Assembly (NCBI GenBank): GCA_000806015.1
Contig: JWKY01000001.1
Span: forward strand, 43,569 to 107,568
Reading direction: 5' to 3'
Source: an archaeon GW2011_AR19
GTDB taxonomy: Archaea > Nanobdellota > Nanobdellia > Pacearchaeales > GW2011-AR1
Length of the DNA stretch: 64,000 bases
Each line of letters starts with the position of its first letter. Position 1 is the stretch's first letter. This document shows, in pieces, positions 9,533 through 19,556 of the stretch. The position numbers were made by a program, and so were the translations under genes. The notes beneath the pieces were generated by a model, which was not told the origin of the DNA, ran no database searches, and worked only from the letters and a program-made list of their open reading frames with translations.

Positions 9533-10678
9533 ATGAAAAAGCAAATAGTTTTTATAGAGTATTTTCCAACGATAAATGGATATAAGATAGCTAAAGGTCT
9601 TAAGAATACCGGAAAGTATGAAACAGTTTTAATATCTTTTAATAAAGTTGATAAAAAATTTTTTGGAATTGCTTATGATAAAATTATTAATTTAGAAATA
9701 AGTCAGAAAATTAATCTTAAAAATTTGTTCTTTTTTATTAAGAAAATATTTAGTAAAGAGGGGTCAAAGTTCTTTGCAGAAATAAAATCTCTCCATCCAT
9801 ATATTGTTCAAGTTAATAATTTGGATTTATTAACCAGGCTCTCTCTTTTTTTAATTGATGCAAAAGTTCCAAAAATTTATTATGCTTATGATATTCTTGC
9901 ATTTTACAGGAAAAAGTTTAGTATGCGGGAAAATTTTCTAAAAAAAATTGAAAAATATTATTTTAAAAATATGGATGGAATATTACATAAAGGTCCAAAA
10001 GGAGAGCTGGAATTTTTAGATTATTCAGTAAATGCTCCTGATTTAGCCTTGCTTCCAGGATGCTTGGAAGATTGGACTCATGTTCCTAAAAAAAAGAATA
10101 TGAAAGAAATTCACCTTGCTGTTGCTGGACCTCCGCTTGAAGGCAGTTATTATCTCCACTCCTTTAAAGACATAATAAAAGAGATTACCTCTCAAAAAAT
10201 CCATTTGCATACTTATGGAAAATCTCTTTTTAATGACGAGTATTTTTTAAATGAACAAAAAAATAATTTTTATTTTCATTATCATGATAAAATTAATCCA
10301 AAAGAACTGAATAAAGAAATTTCTAATTATCAATATGGCATAGTCCTTGATTTTTTTAACAAATTAATTAATCCTTTATGGTTAAAAACTTCTATTGGTA
10401 ATAAGATGTATAATTATTTGGAAGCAGGCTTGCCAATAATAATGACTAATGATCTCAAGGCTATGACGGAGATTGTTAAAAAACATAAACTTGGAATTGG
10501 TATTGATTACAAAGATATTAAAGAATTAAAAAATATTTTAAGTAAGCTGAATTATGAAAAACTTCAAAAAAATGTAAAGATAGCTCAAAAAGAATTAAGC
10601 ATAACTAATCTCGTCAAAGAATTGGAAAGTTTTTATGAAAAAGCAGCTGAAAGCAAAAATAGGAAATTTGCCAAATGA
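9533..10678 (+). CDS. hypothetical protein, possible divergent GT-B fold glycosyltransferase
   Basis: The C-terminal region (YNYLEAGLPIIMTNDLKAMTEIV) resembles the EX7E-region of GT1/GT4 enzymes. Otherwise no clear motif. Confidence 0.4.
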   Translation: MKKQIVFIEYFPTINGYKIAKGLKNTGKYETVLISFNKVDKKFFGIAYDKIINLEISQKINLKNLFFFIKKIFSKEGSKFFAEIKSLHPYIVQVNNLDLLTRLSLFLIDAKVPKIYYAYDILAFYRKKFSMRENFLKKIEKYYFKNMDGILHKGPKGELEFLDYSVNAPDLALLPGCLEDWTHVPKKKNMKEIHLAVAGPPLEGSYYLHSFKDIIKEITSQKIHLHTYGKSLFNDEYFLNEQKNNFYFHYHDKINPKELNKEISNYQYGIVLDFFNKLINPLWLKTSIGNKMYNYLEAGLPIIMTNDLKAMTEIVKKHKLGIGIDYKDIKELKNILSKLNYEKLQKNVKIAQKELSITNLVKELESFYEKAAESKNRKFAK

Positions 10679-10743
10679 AAGAAAAATTAAAAATAGATAG
10701 TAGATATTAAAAAAGATTAAAAACCCATTATCCAATAATATTT

Positions 10744-11613
10744 TTGTATAAAATGGAGAAAATCTTAATTACTGGGGGCAGCGGGTTCATTGGTTCGCAC
10801 TTATCTGAATTTCTTTTAGGTCGAAACTACAAACCAGTAATATTTGATGCTAAAACTCCTCCATCTAATGGTATAGAATGTTATCTTGGAGATATAACTA
10901 AAAAAAATTCATTAAAGGAAATTCCAGAAGTCGACGGAATTGTTCATCTTTGCGCAATAAGCAGAGTTAAAGATGCTTTTGATAATCCTGCTCATTGCAT
11001 GGATATTAATCTAATGGGAACTATAAATATTCTTGAATTTGCAAGAACCTCTAAAAAAAATCCATGGGTCTTAATTGGAAGCACAACTGAACCCCCTAAA
11101 AATATTTACGGAGTTTCAAAACATCTCGCTGAACTTTGCGCTGAAACATATTCGCGAGAATATAATTTAAATATTTCTGCATTGAGATTTGGTACAGTTT
11201 ATGGATCACCCAGAGACAACCAAGATAGATTAATACCTCGTTGGATAGAAAATGCCAAATCTGGCAAAGAAATCATAGTAGACAACCCTGCAAGGCAGTT
11301 TGATTTTATTTATATTGATGATGTGATTGAAGGAATTTTTAGAGGCATAAATTATGTGAATTATGGAAGACCCTTTGAAGCAATTCCAATATGCACTGGA
11401 ACTCCGACTAATTTAGGAGACTTAGCTAAGATAATAGTTGAAGAAGCGCAATCACCATCTAAAATTATTTCTAAAGACGCGCATCAAGAATATTTCATTC
11501 AGCCAAATCCTGAAAAGGCAAGGAACTTACTGGAATTTGAAGCAAAAACTTCTATGCGCGAAGGAATTAGAAGATTGTTATCAGTTGATTTACTAAATTA
11601 TGTTGAAAGCTAA
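10744..11613 (+). CDS. NAD-dependent epimerase/dehydratase (short SDR, 289 aa)
   Basis: ILITGGSGFIGSHLSEFLL Rossmann motif; YGVSK catalytic Tyr/Lys. Confidence 0.75.
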   Translation: MYKMEKILITGGSGFIGSHLSEFLLGRNYKPVIFDAKTPPSNGIECYLGDITKKNSLKEIPEVDGIVHLCAISRVKDAFDNPAHCMDINLMGTINILEFARTSKKNPWVLIGSTTEPPKNIYGVSKHLAELCAETYSREYNLNISALRFGTVYGSPRDNQDRLIPRWIENAKSGKEIIVDNPARQFDFIYIDDVIEGIFRGINYVNYGRPFEAIPICTGTPTNLGDLAKIIVEEAQSPSKIISKDAHQEYFIQPNPEKARNLLEFEAKTSMREGIRRLLSVDLLNYVES

Positions 11614-12043
11614 TTCATATAAAATGGAAAATTATAAAAAATCAGTCAATGCAATTTTAGTTAATTCTAAAAAACAAATTCTTCTTCACCTTAGAGATGA
11701 TAAGCCTGGAATACTTGCTCCAGGATGTTGGGCTTTTATTGGGGGAGGTGTTGAAGAAGGAGAAAGCGGACCGGATGCAATTAAACGGGAAGTAAAAGAG
11801 GAAATAAATTATTTAATAAATGATTTTCAATATTTGGATAAAATTTATTTTAGGAAATATAAAATGGATGTCTTAGTTTATATTGGAAAATTAGATGCGC
11901 GTGAGGATGAGATTAAACTTACTGAAGGCCAAGGCGTAAGATTTTTTTATCCAGATGAAATAAAAAAACTTAAAATGTCTAATCTTCTTAAGAAAATAAT
12001 TTTCAGAAATTTAGAGAAAATTATTTTTGCAGCAAATAATTAA
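11600..12043 (+). CDS. NUDIX hydrolase
   Basis: Nudix box GGGVEEGESGPDAIKREVKEEINY (GX5EX7REUXEEXGU). Confidence 0.8.
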   Translation: MLKANSYKMENYKKSVNAILVNSKKQILLHLRDDKPGILAPGCWAFIGGGVEEGESGPDAIKREVKEEINYLINDFQYLDKIYFRKYKMDVLVYIGKLDAREDEIKLTEGQGVRFFYPDEIKKLKMSNLLKKIIFRNLEKIIFAANN

Positions 12044-12238
12044 AAATTTTATGAGAAATTTTATTATTTATAGATGATTGACGCATTTTAGCAAACTGTG
12101 AAATATTACATCAAATTCAAGCAATAAAAGAAATAGTTTTTAAATCACAATAATCTTTTTAAACAATTTTTGCCCAAAAATTAAACTCAATAAAAATGAA
12201 AAACTATAAAATCCTCGTTATAAAAACTTTTAAAGAAA

Positions 12239-13948
12239 ATGGCTTCAAAAAATAATCTTTTGGGAATTTGTGCTGGTGGTCCCAGCGGGGCTGCATTATT
12301 TCAAAATGAAAAATTGACATTAGCAGTCAATGAAGAAAGATTTACTGGAATCAAATTAGATCGGTCTTATCCCCATAATTCTATAAATTGGTGTCTTAAA
12401 GAGTCAGGATTGTCAAATAAAGATATAGACGCTATTTGTTATGGCTTCTCAAATGGAATTGAGCAGGGAGATTTTATGGCATCCATGATAAAAAGAATTT
12501 ACGAATATTCTGATAATCCCAAATCCTTAAAAGCGATATGTGAACGGCTTAGCGTCGAAGCTGAAGTTGACTCTAAAAAAAGAAAAAGTTTTTATGAAGA
12601 AACATCTAAAATTTTTTCAGAAGTTCCTATTTATTCCTGCTCTCATCATCAAGCGCATCAAGCCTGCGCGTATATGGCCTCTCCTTTTAAAAAGGCGCTT
12701 GTAATAACTTCTGATGGAAGAGGGGATTTTGAATCATTAACAGTTAGCGCCGCAAATTCAAAAGGAATTAATAAAATTTATAGCGCCTTTAGCTGGGAAA
12801 GTTTGGGATATTTTTATGGACGAATAACTCATTTATGCGGTTTCAAACCAGAACGGCATGAAGGAAAGATCCTTGGATTATCTGCGCATGGAAACCCAAA
12901 AATAGCAAAAAAGTTAATAGATAAAATGGTGGACATTAAAGATGGAAAGATATGCACTTTTCCAGGAGATTTTTATACGCCTTTTTTTACAAACTATTCC
13001 AAACGCTTAAAAAAAGAAGCTTCTGAATTTTCTAGAGAGGATTTAGCAGCAGCCACTCAATTAAAGTTAGAGGAAGTGGTTTGTAATATTGTTTCAAAGA
13101 ATGTTCATAAAACTGGTTTAAAAAATATTTGTCTTGCTGGAGGGGTGTTTTCAAATGTAAGATTAAATCAAAAAATTAGAGAACTTCCAGAAGTTAAGGA
13201 TGTTTTTGTTTATCCTAACATGGGAGATGATGGTTTATGCGCTGGAGCAGTATATCATAAATTATTATATGAACATAAAATTTCCAGCAGTCCAATAAAA
13301 TCTCTTTATCTTGGTCCTAAAATTTCTAATGATGTTCTTTTATCTACTTTGAACAAAAAAGGGTTTAAAGTTGAAAAACCAGATAAGTTATACGATTCTA
13401 TTGTTAAGCTTTTAGAAGAAGAACAGGTCATAGCTTTAGTGCAAGGAAGAACCGAATTTGGTCCAAGAGCATTGGGAAATCGAAGTATTTTACTAACTCC
13501 TGATTCAGAATCTTTAAGCAATTTTTTAAATAAACGTTTAAATAGAAATGACTTCATGCCCTTTGCGCCGGTTATTGCTTCTAATCTTGCAAAACATTGT
13601 CTTGTGAATTATTCCAAATCACAATTTTCAGCCCGCCATATGGTTATGACCTATGATGTTTCACCTAAATTTAAAAAAAATTCGCCCGCAGTAGTGCACG
13701 TTGACAGCACTGTCCGTCCGCAGGTAGTTTTTAAAGAAGATAATTTATTTTTATATGAATTATTAAATCATTGGTATAATAAAACAGGAAAACTATGCCT
13801 TATTAATACTTCATTTAATTTACATGAAAATCCCATAGCTTCTTTAGAAAAAGATATAATTTATAGTTTTGAATCAAATGCTGCTGATTGTCTTTTATTT
13901 CCGCCGTATATATCTTATCAAAAAGAAATGGAGTTGTCTCTTTATTAA
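12239..13948 (+). CDS. carbamoyltransferase (NodU/CmcH family)
   Basis: N-terminal ICAGGPSGAALFQNEKLTLAVNEERFTGIK resembles NodU/CmcH (HDSAAAL...EERFTR). 569 aa, typical two-domain size. Confidence 0.75.
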   Translation: MASKNNLLGICAGGPSGAALFQNEKLTLAVNEERFTGIKLDRSYPHNSINWCLKESGLSNKDIDAICYGFSNGIEQGDFMASMIKRIYEYSDNPKSLKAICERLSVEAEVDSKKRKSFYEETSKIFSEVPIYSCSHHQAHQACAYMASPFKKALVITSDGRGDFESLTVSAANSKGINKIYSAFSWESLGYFYGRITHLCGFKPERHEGKILGLSAHGNPKIAKKLIDKMVDIKDGKICTFPGDFYTPFFTNYSKRLKKEASEFSREDLAAATQLKLEEVVCNIVSKNVHKTGLKNICLAGGVFSNVRLNQKIRELPEVKDVFVYPNMGDDGLCAGAVYHKLLYEHKISSSPIKSLYLGPKISNDVLLSTLNKKGFKVEKPDKLYDSIVKLLEEEQVIALVQGRTEFGPRALGNRSILLTPDSESLSNFLNKRLNRNDFMPFAPVIASNLAKHCLVNYSKSQFSARHMVMTYDVSPKFKKNSPAVVHVDSTVRPQVVFKEDNLFLYELLNHWYNKTGKLCLINTSFNLHENPIASLEKDIIYSFESNAADCLLFPPYISYQKEMELSLY

Positions 13949-13950
13949 AA

Positions 13951-15063
13951 ATGATTTGGAAAGTGCCGTATATTAATCTTGGAAAACAATTTAAAAATTT
14001 AGAAAAAGAATTAACTGCAGAATTTAAAAGAGTGATGAATAATGGAGATTTTATTCTCAGGGCAGATGTAAAAAAATTTGAAGAGAACTTGGCAAATTAT
14101 TTAGGAGTAAATCATGTTATTGGTGTTAATTCTGGAACTGATGCTCTATATCTTTCTACAGATGCTTTAGAAATTAAGTCTGGTGACGAGGTTATAACTG
14201 TTGCTCATAGTTTTGTTGCAACAGCAGCTTCTATAGTTTATAGAAGAGCAAAACCAATTTTTGTTGATATTGGAGATGATTATAATATAAATTCTAATTT
14301 AATTGAAAAAGTAATAACAAAAAAAACAAAAGCAATAATGCCTGTTCATTTAAATGGGCGATCTTGTGAAATTGAGAAAATAATAGATGTGGCAAAAAAA
14401 TATGGGCTATTTGTGATAGAAGATGCTGCTCAAGCACTGGGCGCAGAATATAAAGGAAGGAAAGTCGGAAGTTTTGGAAATCTTGGTTGTTTTTCATTGC
14501 ATCCAATGAAAACTTTAAGTTGTGCAGGAGATGGAGGGTTTATATCTACAAACAATGATTTTTTAGCAGATAAAATCAGAACATTAAGAGACCACGGGCA
14601 AAAGATTAAAGGAGATTATTTATTTTTTGGGCATAATAGCAGACTGGATAACTTGCAGGCAGCAATATTAAATGTTAAATTTCAACATTTGGACGAGTAT
14701 ATAAAAAAAAGAAGAGAAATTGCAGAAAAATATAATGAAGAATTATCTTCACTACCAATAATTCTTCCTCCTGCCCCTTCTAATGAAAAATATTTTGATA
14801 CTTATACTTCTTATGTTATTAGAACAGATAAACAAGAAAAATTAATTAAATTTTTAAGAGCTCAAGACATAGAGTCATATATTCATATTAATCAGCCCCT
14901 ATATTCTTATCCTGGCCTCAATTTAAAAAATTTTCATTTGAAAAATAACGAAAAAATATGCAAAGAAATTTTATCTCTCCCCATTTATCCTGAAATGAAT
15001 GATAAACAAACTAAATATGTTATTGATTCAATGCATAAATTTTTTAGTGAGGATAGTAGTTAA
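13951..15063 (+). CDS. DegT-family PLP-dependent sugar aminotransferase (third paralog)
   Basis: GTDALYLSTDAL and CFSLHPMKTLS. The start is moved to the first ATG after the upstream stop (MIWKVPY...). It shares a near-identical nucleotide patch with the 2119..3222 paralog. Confidence 0.8.
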   Translation: MIWKVPYINLGKQFKNLEKELTAEFKRVMNNGDFILRADVKKFEENLANYLGVNHVIGVNSGTDALYLSTDALEIKSGDEVITVAHSFVATAASIVYRRAKPIFVDIGDDYNINSNLIEKVITKKTKAIMPVHLNGRSCEIEKIIDVAKKYGLFVIEDAAQALGAEYKGRKVGSFGNLGCFSLHPMKTLSCAGDGGFISTNNDFLADKIRTLRDHGQKIKGDYLFFGHNSRLDNLQAAILNVKFQHLDEYIKKRREIAEKYNEELSSLPIILPPAPSNEKYFDTYTSYVIRTDKQEKLIKFLRAQDIESYIHINQPLYSYPGLNLKNFHLKNNEKICKEILSLPIYPEMNDKQTKYVIDSMHKFFSEDSS

Positions 15064-15085
15064 TAATAGAGAAGATGAATAAAAA

Positions 15086-15694
15086 ATGATTTATCAATAT
15101 AAAAATATTAAAATGCATTATGAACCCTGTCTTGACGGAGGCGGTAGAGAGTGTTATCCAGAGTTTTTACAAATTATTCAAGAAAAAATAGGAAAAGTAA
15201 ATAGTGCATTTGAGTTTTGCGCTGGAACGGCTTTTATTGGTTTTTCTTTATTAGCAGATGAAATGTGTGAAAAATTAACATTGGCAGACATAGAAAAAGA
15301 GTCTGTTGAATGTTGTAAAAAAACTATAAAAGAAAATAATTTAGAAAATAAAGCATCAGCATATCATTCTGATTGTTTAAAACAAATACCCGCTCAAAAA
15401 TGGGATTTGGTCGTCGGTAATCCTCCCCACTTTTCAGAACGCCAAACTAATTTGCCGCAAACAATTGTAATTAATGTAGATAAAAATTGGGAAATTCATA
15501 GAAGTTTTTATACAGACATTAGTGAATATTTAAATCCAAATGGTTCAATACTTCTTGTTGAAAATGGCCGGGGCTCTAGCCCAAAAGTGTTTTATGATAT
15601 GATTAAAAAAAATGGATTAAGAGTTGCAGAGGTTATTAAATGCAACTTAAATAGGCCTTCAAAATTTTATTTTATGCTGGTTAAAAAAAATTAG
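15086..15694 (+). CDS. class I SAM-dependent methyltransferase (NPPH-motif, small MTase domain)
   Basis: FEFCAGTAFIGFSLL (SAM-binding motif I-like) and DLVVGNPPHF (amino-MTase (D/N)PP(Y/F/H) motif). Confidence 0.6.
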   Translation: MIYQYKNIKMHYEPCLDGGGRECYPEFLQIIQEKIGKVNSAFEFCAGTAFIGFSLLADEMCEKLTLADIEKESVECCKKTIKENNLENKASAYHSDCLKQIPAQKWDLVVGNPPHFSERQTNLPQTIVINVDKNWEIHRSFYTDISEYLNPNGSILLVENGRGSSPKVFYDMIKKNGLRVAEVIKCNLNRPSKFYFMLVKKN

Positions 15695-15850
15695 ATAACT
15701 GAAAATTAATTGAAACTTTTTATAACAAAGGTTAAGAGGTTCGCTCTCCCAAATTTTTCTATTTGTTTAGATGGAGTTCCTAATCCTTCGGATAATTTGT
15801 TTGGCTTCGTCGAGAGATAGATTTTTAAGTTTCATTTTTCTGTTTATTCT

Positions 15851-16828
15851 ATGAAACTTAAATTAAATGATCATTTTTTTGCATGGGCTTTTATTTATTC
15901 AATTGGAGCTTTCTTATCTATTTTACTTATAAATTATTTTAGTCTTAATAATAGTTTAATTGGAATCTTTTTGGCAGGAACAACAATTACTTTGTTTTCT
16001 TGGATAATATATTCTTTTTTGTACAAAGATAAATTCAAACTAAGTAAGTGGTTTTTTATTTGGTTATTCACTCACTCATTTAATTTTTGGTTAATTGATT
16101 TAATCTTAAGAAAACTAACATTAACTTATGAAGGATTCTTCTATTTCCTACTCTTTGGTTTAATTTATCATCTTCTTACTTGGGTAATAAAAAATAAAGT
16201 CTATTATAAATTAGAAATGAATAATCCAAAAACAATCGGGCTTGTTCTAATCTTCATTATCGCTTTATTGTTTATATCTTCTCAGTCTTTCTCCGAAATC
16301 CAAACAATAGGAATTAGTGAAACTAATTCTTTAGGTTCTAGCTTAAGTTCCTTAAGAAATCTACTTTCATTCAATCTAAATCTAGGGAACAATTGTCCCC
16401 AATTACCCATTCCTTTACTACCTGATAAAAGACTTTGGGTTGAAGTAATGTCTCAAGAGGAAGGTAATAATTCTTTTGAAGGGTGGAAAGTTAAAAAGTA
16501 TGACTCCGCAGATTTATTTGGCTTTTCTGTAACCCCTAGAATTTATTGTTATCAAGGAAGGGAAGATGGACAAAATCCAAACCACTATTATTGTGGTTAC
16601 TGGGATAATGGGGATAATTGGGATATGAGGGATTTGATTTATATGGAGAAGACATTTATGAATCCAGATGGCAGTCTTGGTAAAACTATCCAAAAAACCT
16701 TTGTAAATGTTTATGATGAAAATGGAAATTATCTTAAAACAATTTGTGGTCTATCTCCCGAAGAGGTAAGTACTAAAAAGTTTAAAGGAAGAATGCGAGA
16801 TTTAGATAGTTTCTTCAGTTTAAAATAA
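15851..16828 (+). CDS. membrane protein with C-terminal Cys/Trp/Asp-rich extracellular domain, unknown function
   Basis: About five predicted TM helices in the first 150 aa. The C-terminal domain (CYQGREDGQNPNHYYCGYWDNGDNWDMRD) is hydrophilic. Confidence 0.4.
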   Translation: MKLKLNDHFFAWAFIYSIGAFLSILLINYFSLNNSLIGIFLAGTTITLFSWIIYSFLYKDKFKLSKWFFIWLFTHSFNFWLIDLILRKLTLTYEGFFYFLLFGLIYHLLTWVIKNKVYYKLEMNNPKTIGLVLIFIIALLFISSQSFSEIQTIGISETNSLGSSLSSLRNLLSFNLNLGNNCPQLPIPLLPDKRLWVEVMSQEEGNNSFEGWKVKKYDSADLFGFSVTPRIYCYQGREDGQNPNHYYCGYWDNGDNWDMRDLIYMEKTFMNPDGSLGKTIQKTFVNVYDENGNYLKTICGLSPEEVSTKKFKGRMRDLDSFFSLK

Positions 16829-16829
16829 G

Positions 16830-17015
16830 ATGGCAAGGGAAAAAGAAATAAAACAAAGTGCATTAATTATAATAGCAGCTTTAGCAGGGGCTTTTTTATC
16901 TTTTTTCTTTAGTAAATTTATGACATACAATTTTCCTTTAAATTTAATTTCAATTATGATATACACAATTTTTGTTCTCTTTGTAGTTAAGTGGTTCATT
17001 AAAGCATATGTATAA
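16830..17015 (+). CDS. small membrane protein (61 aa)
   Basis: Two hydrophobic helices. Start is 2 nt after the upstream stop. Confidence 0.25.
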   Translation: MAREKEIKQSALIIIAALAGAFLSFFFSKFMTYNFPLNLISIMIYTIFVLFVVKWFIKAYV

Positions 17016-17345
17016 CTTTCTTTTTAGAAAAAGAAGCAAAAATAACGGAACCCCCCATTTTCTTTTTAAAAAAAAGAAACAAAAAGCGGGCGGGCAATCT
17101 CTCAAAATTAAATGGTCGTCGGAAGAAGCCCCACCTGAAAGAAAAATTAAAACTCACGAGGAAATCTGACTTCTGTTAATGCCGATGTTATTAATAACAA
17201 AAAACAATGAGTAAATATTTCTCTTGCTATAGAATCTTTTTAGAAATTTTTTTGAGATATAAATTTTTGTTGGGAGATTAGTTTAGTGTCGGATTTTACT
17301 AATCGCCTTCTTCTATAAAATAATTTATTCCTTTCAGAGCATCTT

Positions 17346-17912
17346 CTATAATCTTTCTTTTGAAGTTACTCTTGTTTCTAAGAAATGCGCTTTTCCTAAA
17401 TTAGACATTTCTGCTAAATCTCTAACGCCCTTTAAGTTAACATCTCGAAGATTGGCATTCCCGAAGTAAGTGCCCTTGAGGTAAGCACTCTGGAGGTTAG
17501 CGCCATCGAGGTTGGCGCCTCTGAAGTTAGCAATCCAGAAGTCAGCATTAACAAGGTAAGCGCTCTTGAAGTTAGTACCCTTGAGGTTGGCATTCCCAAA
17601 GTTAGCATTCTCGAAATTGGCGTTCTCGAAAATAGCATACTCGAGAATAGCCCCTCTGAAGTTAGCATTTCTACCAATTGTGAAAGGTAAATATAATCCT
17701 CTTGCTTTTACATATTGAAGTTGGGAATTACTAATATCGACCGGTTCTTCTTGTAAGTTTTGCGCTTTCAAATACATTTTTAATTCTTGAAATGCACTAT
17801 GCCCACTTAAATCAAATCTTTCTTCAAGAGATATTTTAGAAAAATTTCTTTCTCCACTTAAGAGTTTTACTATGAATTCCTCTCCTGAAACTTTTGTTAA
17901 ACTTTCTGCCAT
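17346..17912 (-). CDS. pentapeptide-repeat protein
   Basis: Tandem A(N/D)LxG/A(N/D)Fxx pentapeptides (ANFRGAILEYAIFENANFENANFGNANLKGTNFKSAYLVNADFWIANFRGANLDGANLQSAYL) after an ~80-aa N-terminal domain. Confidence 0.8.
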   Translation of the reverse strand: MAESLTKVSGEEFIVKLLSGERNFSKISLEERFDLSGHSAFQELKMYLKAQNLQEEPVDISNSQLQYVKARGLYLPFTIGRNANFRGAILEYAIFENANFENANFGNANLKGTNFKSAYLVNADFWIANFRGANLDGANLQSAYLKGTYFGNANLRDVNLKGVRDLAEMSNLGKAHFLETRVTSKERL

Positions 17913-18099
17913 AATCTTTTTAAAAGCAAATGATATTTAAAGATTTGTATAGATAGATACTATCAAATTAAAGTGATATAATTTTTTCTGACAAATCTGA
18001 TTAAATCCAGTAACATAAAAACCGAAAGATATAAATATACTTTTTTATTAAAAATTAAAATGTTTGAAAAGTATAACAAAACGATAAGTAAAAGATAAA

Positions 18100-19401
18100 A
18101 TGTCAAAATCTAAAAAAGTTGTGTTTGCGACAATGCCAAATGATAAATGCCCTAAAGATTGGAGGGCTCCAGATTATTATAAAACGGTAATAGATCCAGC
18201 AAAACATATGCCTTTAGGAATTTTATCTTTAGCTACAAATCTTAAACCAGGACATGAAGTAAAAATCATAGACGCAAGAAGCGATCGATTCACACTTGAA
18301 GAAACTATTTATCGTATTGAGCAAGAAAAACCAGATGTCTTAGGAATGACTGCGCAGAGCATGAGGGCTTATGCTTTAAAAGAAATTCTTCAAAAAACCA
18401 GCGCGCCATATAAAGTTGTGGTTGGCGGTCATGCAAATGAACATCCCGAATTAATTTTAAGTCAGGGAGCAGATGCAGTTTTAGTTGGACAACTTGTTGA
18501 CGTAGAATTTAGAGACGCAGTAGAGACAATGCCAAAAGGAATTATAAGATGCAGCAAGACAAAATTTGAAGACATAAAATTCCCAGATAGAACTTTTGTG
18601 GATGATTATAGGACCTACTTTCCGAAAGATTTTGTCTTTTTCAAAACTAAAAATAGATTGCATATGGTTAGCAGTGTTGGATGCTATCAACATTGTAATT
18701 TTTGTTATATGCCCTTTCATAAAATGAAAAGAAAAACCCCCCCATCTACTGTTGATGAAATGCAGCATTTATATAATCTTGGCGCAAGGAGTGTCCATAT
18801 TCTGGATGACAACTTTGACGTTAGTGCAGGATGGCTTAATGAAGTATTGGATGAGATGGATAAAAGAAATTTTGAGGTGGAATGGAGCGGTAGAGGAGAG
18901 ATAAGGATGGATGACGGGTTAGCAAAAAGAATGTCTGAGCATGGTTTTAAGAGAATTCATGTTGGAATTGAAGCATTAGATGATAATATATTAACAAATT
19001 TTTTCAAAAAAAATTCGTCTGAAAAAAGAATTTATGAGTTTTGTAATACTATGAATAAAAATAATATTGATGTTTTAGGATTTTTCATTATAGGAACTCC
19101 TTTAGAAACAGAAGAATACTTAGATGCTTTGCCTGGAAAAATTAGAAATCTAAGAATAAAACATCCATATATCCAAATTCTTTCTCCAACCCCCCATACA
19201 GAATATTATCGAGATCTGGTAACACAAGGAATATTCAAAAAAGATTATTGGGCAGAATATTTTGAGAACCCAGTTCCAGATTTTGAAATACCTTCTCCCC
19301 ATTCTACAGAAAGATTAAGAGAATTAAGAGAGCGTGTTGACAGTATAGAAAAAGAATATGTGTTGGAGAATGTGGATGGGGATTATGCCTCTATGGATTA
19401 A
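18100..19401 (+). CDS. B12-binding (class B) radical SAM enzyme
   Basis: N-terminal cobalamin-binding-like domain (MPLGILSLATNLKPGHEVKIID). Cx3Cx2C motif VGCYQHCNFCYMP. Confidence 0.8.
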   Translation: MSKSKKVVFATMPNDKCPKDWRAPDYYKTVIDPAKHMPLGILSLATNLKPGHEVKIIDARSDRFTLEETIYRIEQEKPDVLGMTAQSMRAYALKEILQKTSAPYKVVVGGHANEHPELILSQGADAVLVGQLVDVEFRDAVETMPKGIIRCSKTKFEDIKFPDRTFVDDYRTYFPKDFVFFKTKNRLHMVSSVGCYQHCNFCYMPFHKMKRKTPPSTVDEMQHLYNLGARSVHILDDNFDVSAGWLNEVLDEMDKRNFEVEWSGRGEIRMDDGLAKRMSEHGFKRIHVGIEALDDNILTNFFKKNSSEKRIYEFCNTMNKNNIDVLGFFIIGTPLETEEYLDALPGKIRNLRIKHPYIQILSPTPHTEYYRDLVTQGIFKKDYWAEYFENPVPDFEIPSPHSTERLRELRERVDSIEKEYVLENVDGDYASMD

Positions 19402-19556
19402 TTACCGCAGGATATGAAAGAAATAAATGTAAACGCCGATTCAATGCATCAACTGAAGAGGATTGCTGAATGGAAAGATTGGTTTAGATTATAGATAACT
19501 GACTAAATTAAGTTACATCAAATAGCTAAAAAGATTGCTCAATATTAACTATTTCT

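Noticed and set aside
15695-17345. GC-richer intergenic islands (15695..15850; 17016..17345) examined for tRNA/ncRNA.
   Set aside because: No cloverleaf-compatible T-arm (GTTCRANYC) or acceptor pairing was found by eye. Retained only as a low-priority note for covariance-model scanning.
17432-17677. 81-aa ORF nested in the pentapeptide-repeat gene (alternative frame, MLTSRVLTSRALTS...).
   Set aside because: It is a low-complexity translation of the same nucleotide repeats in another frame. The pentapeptide frame has the clear family signature.
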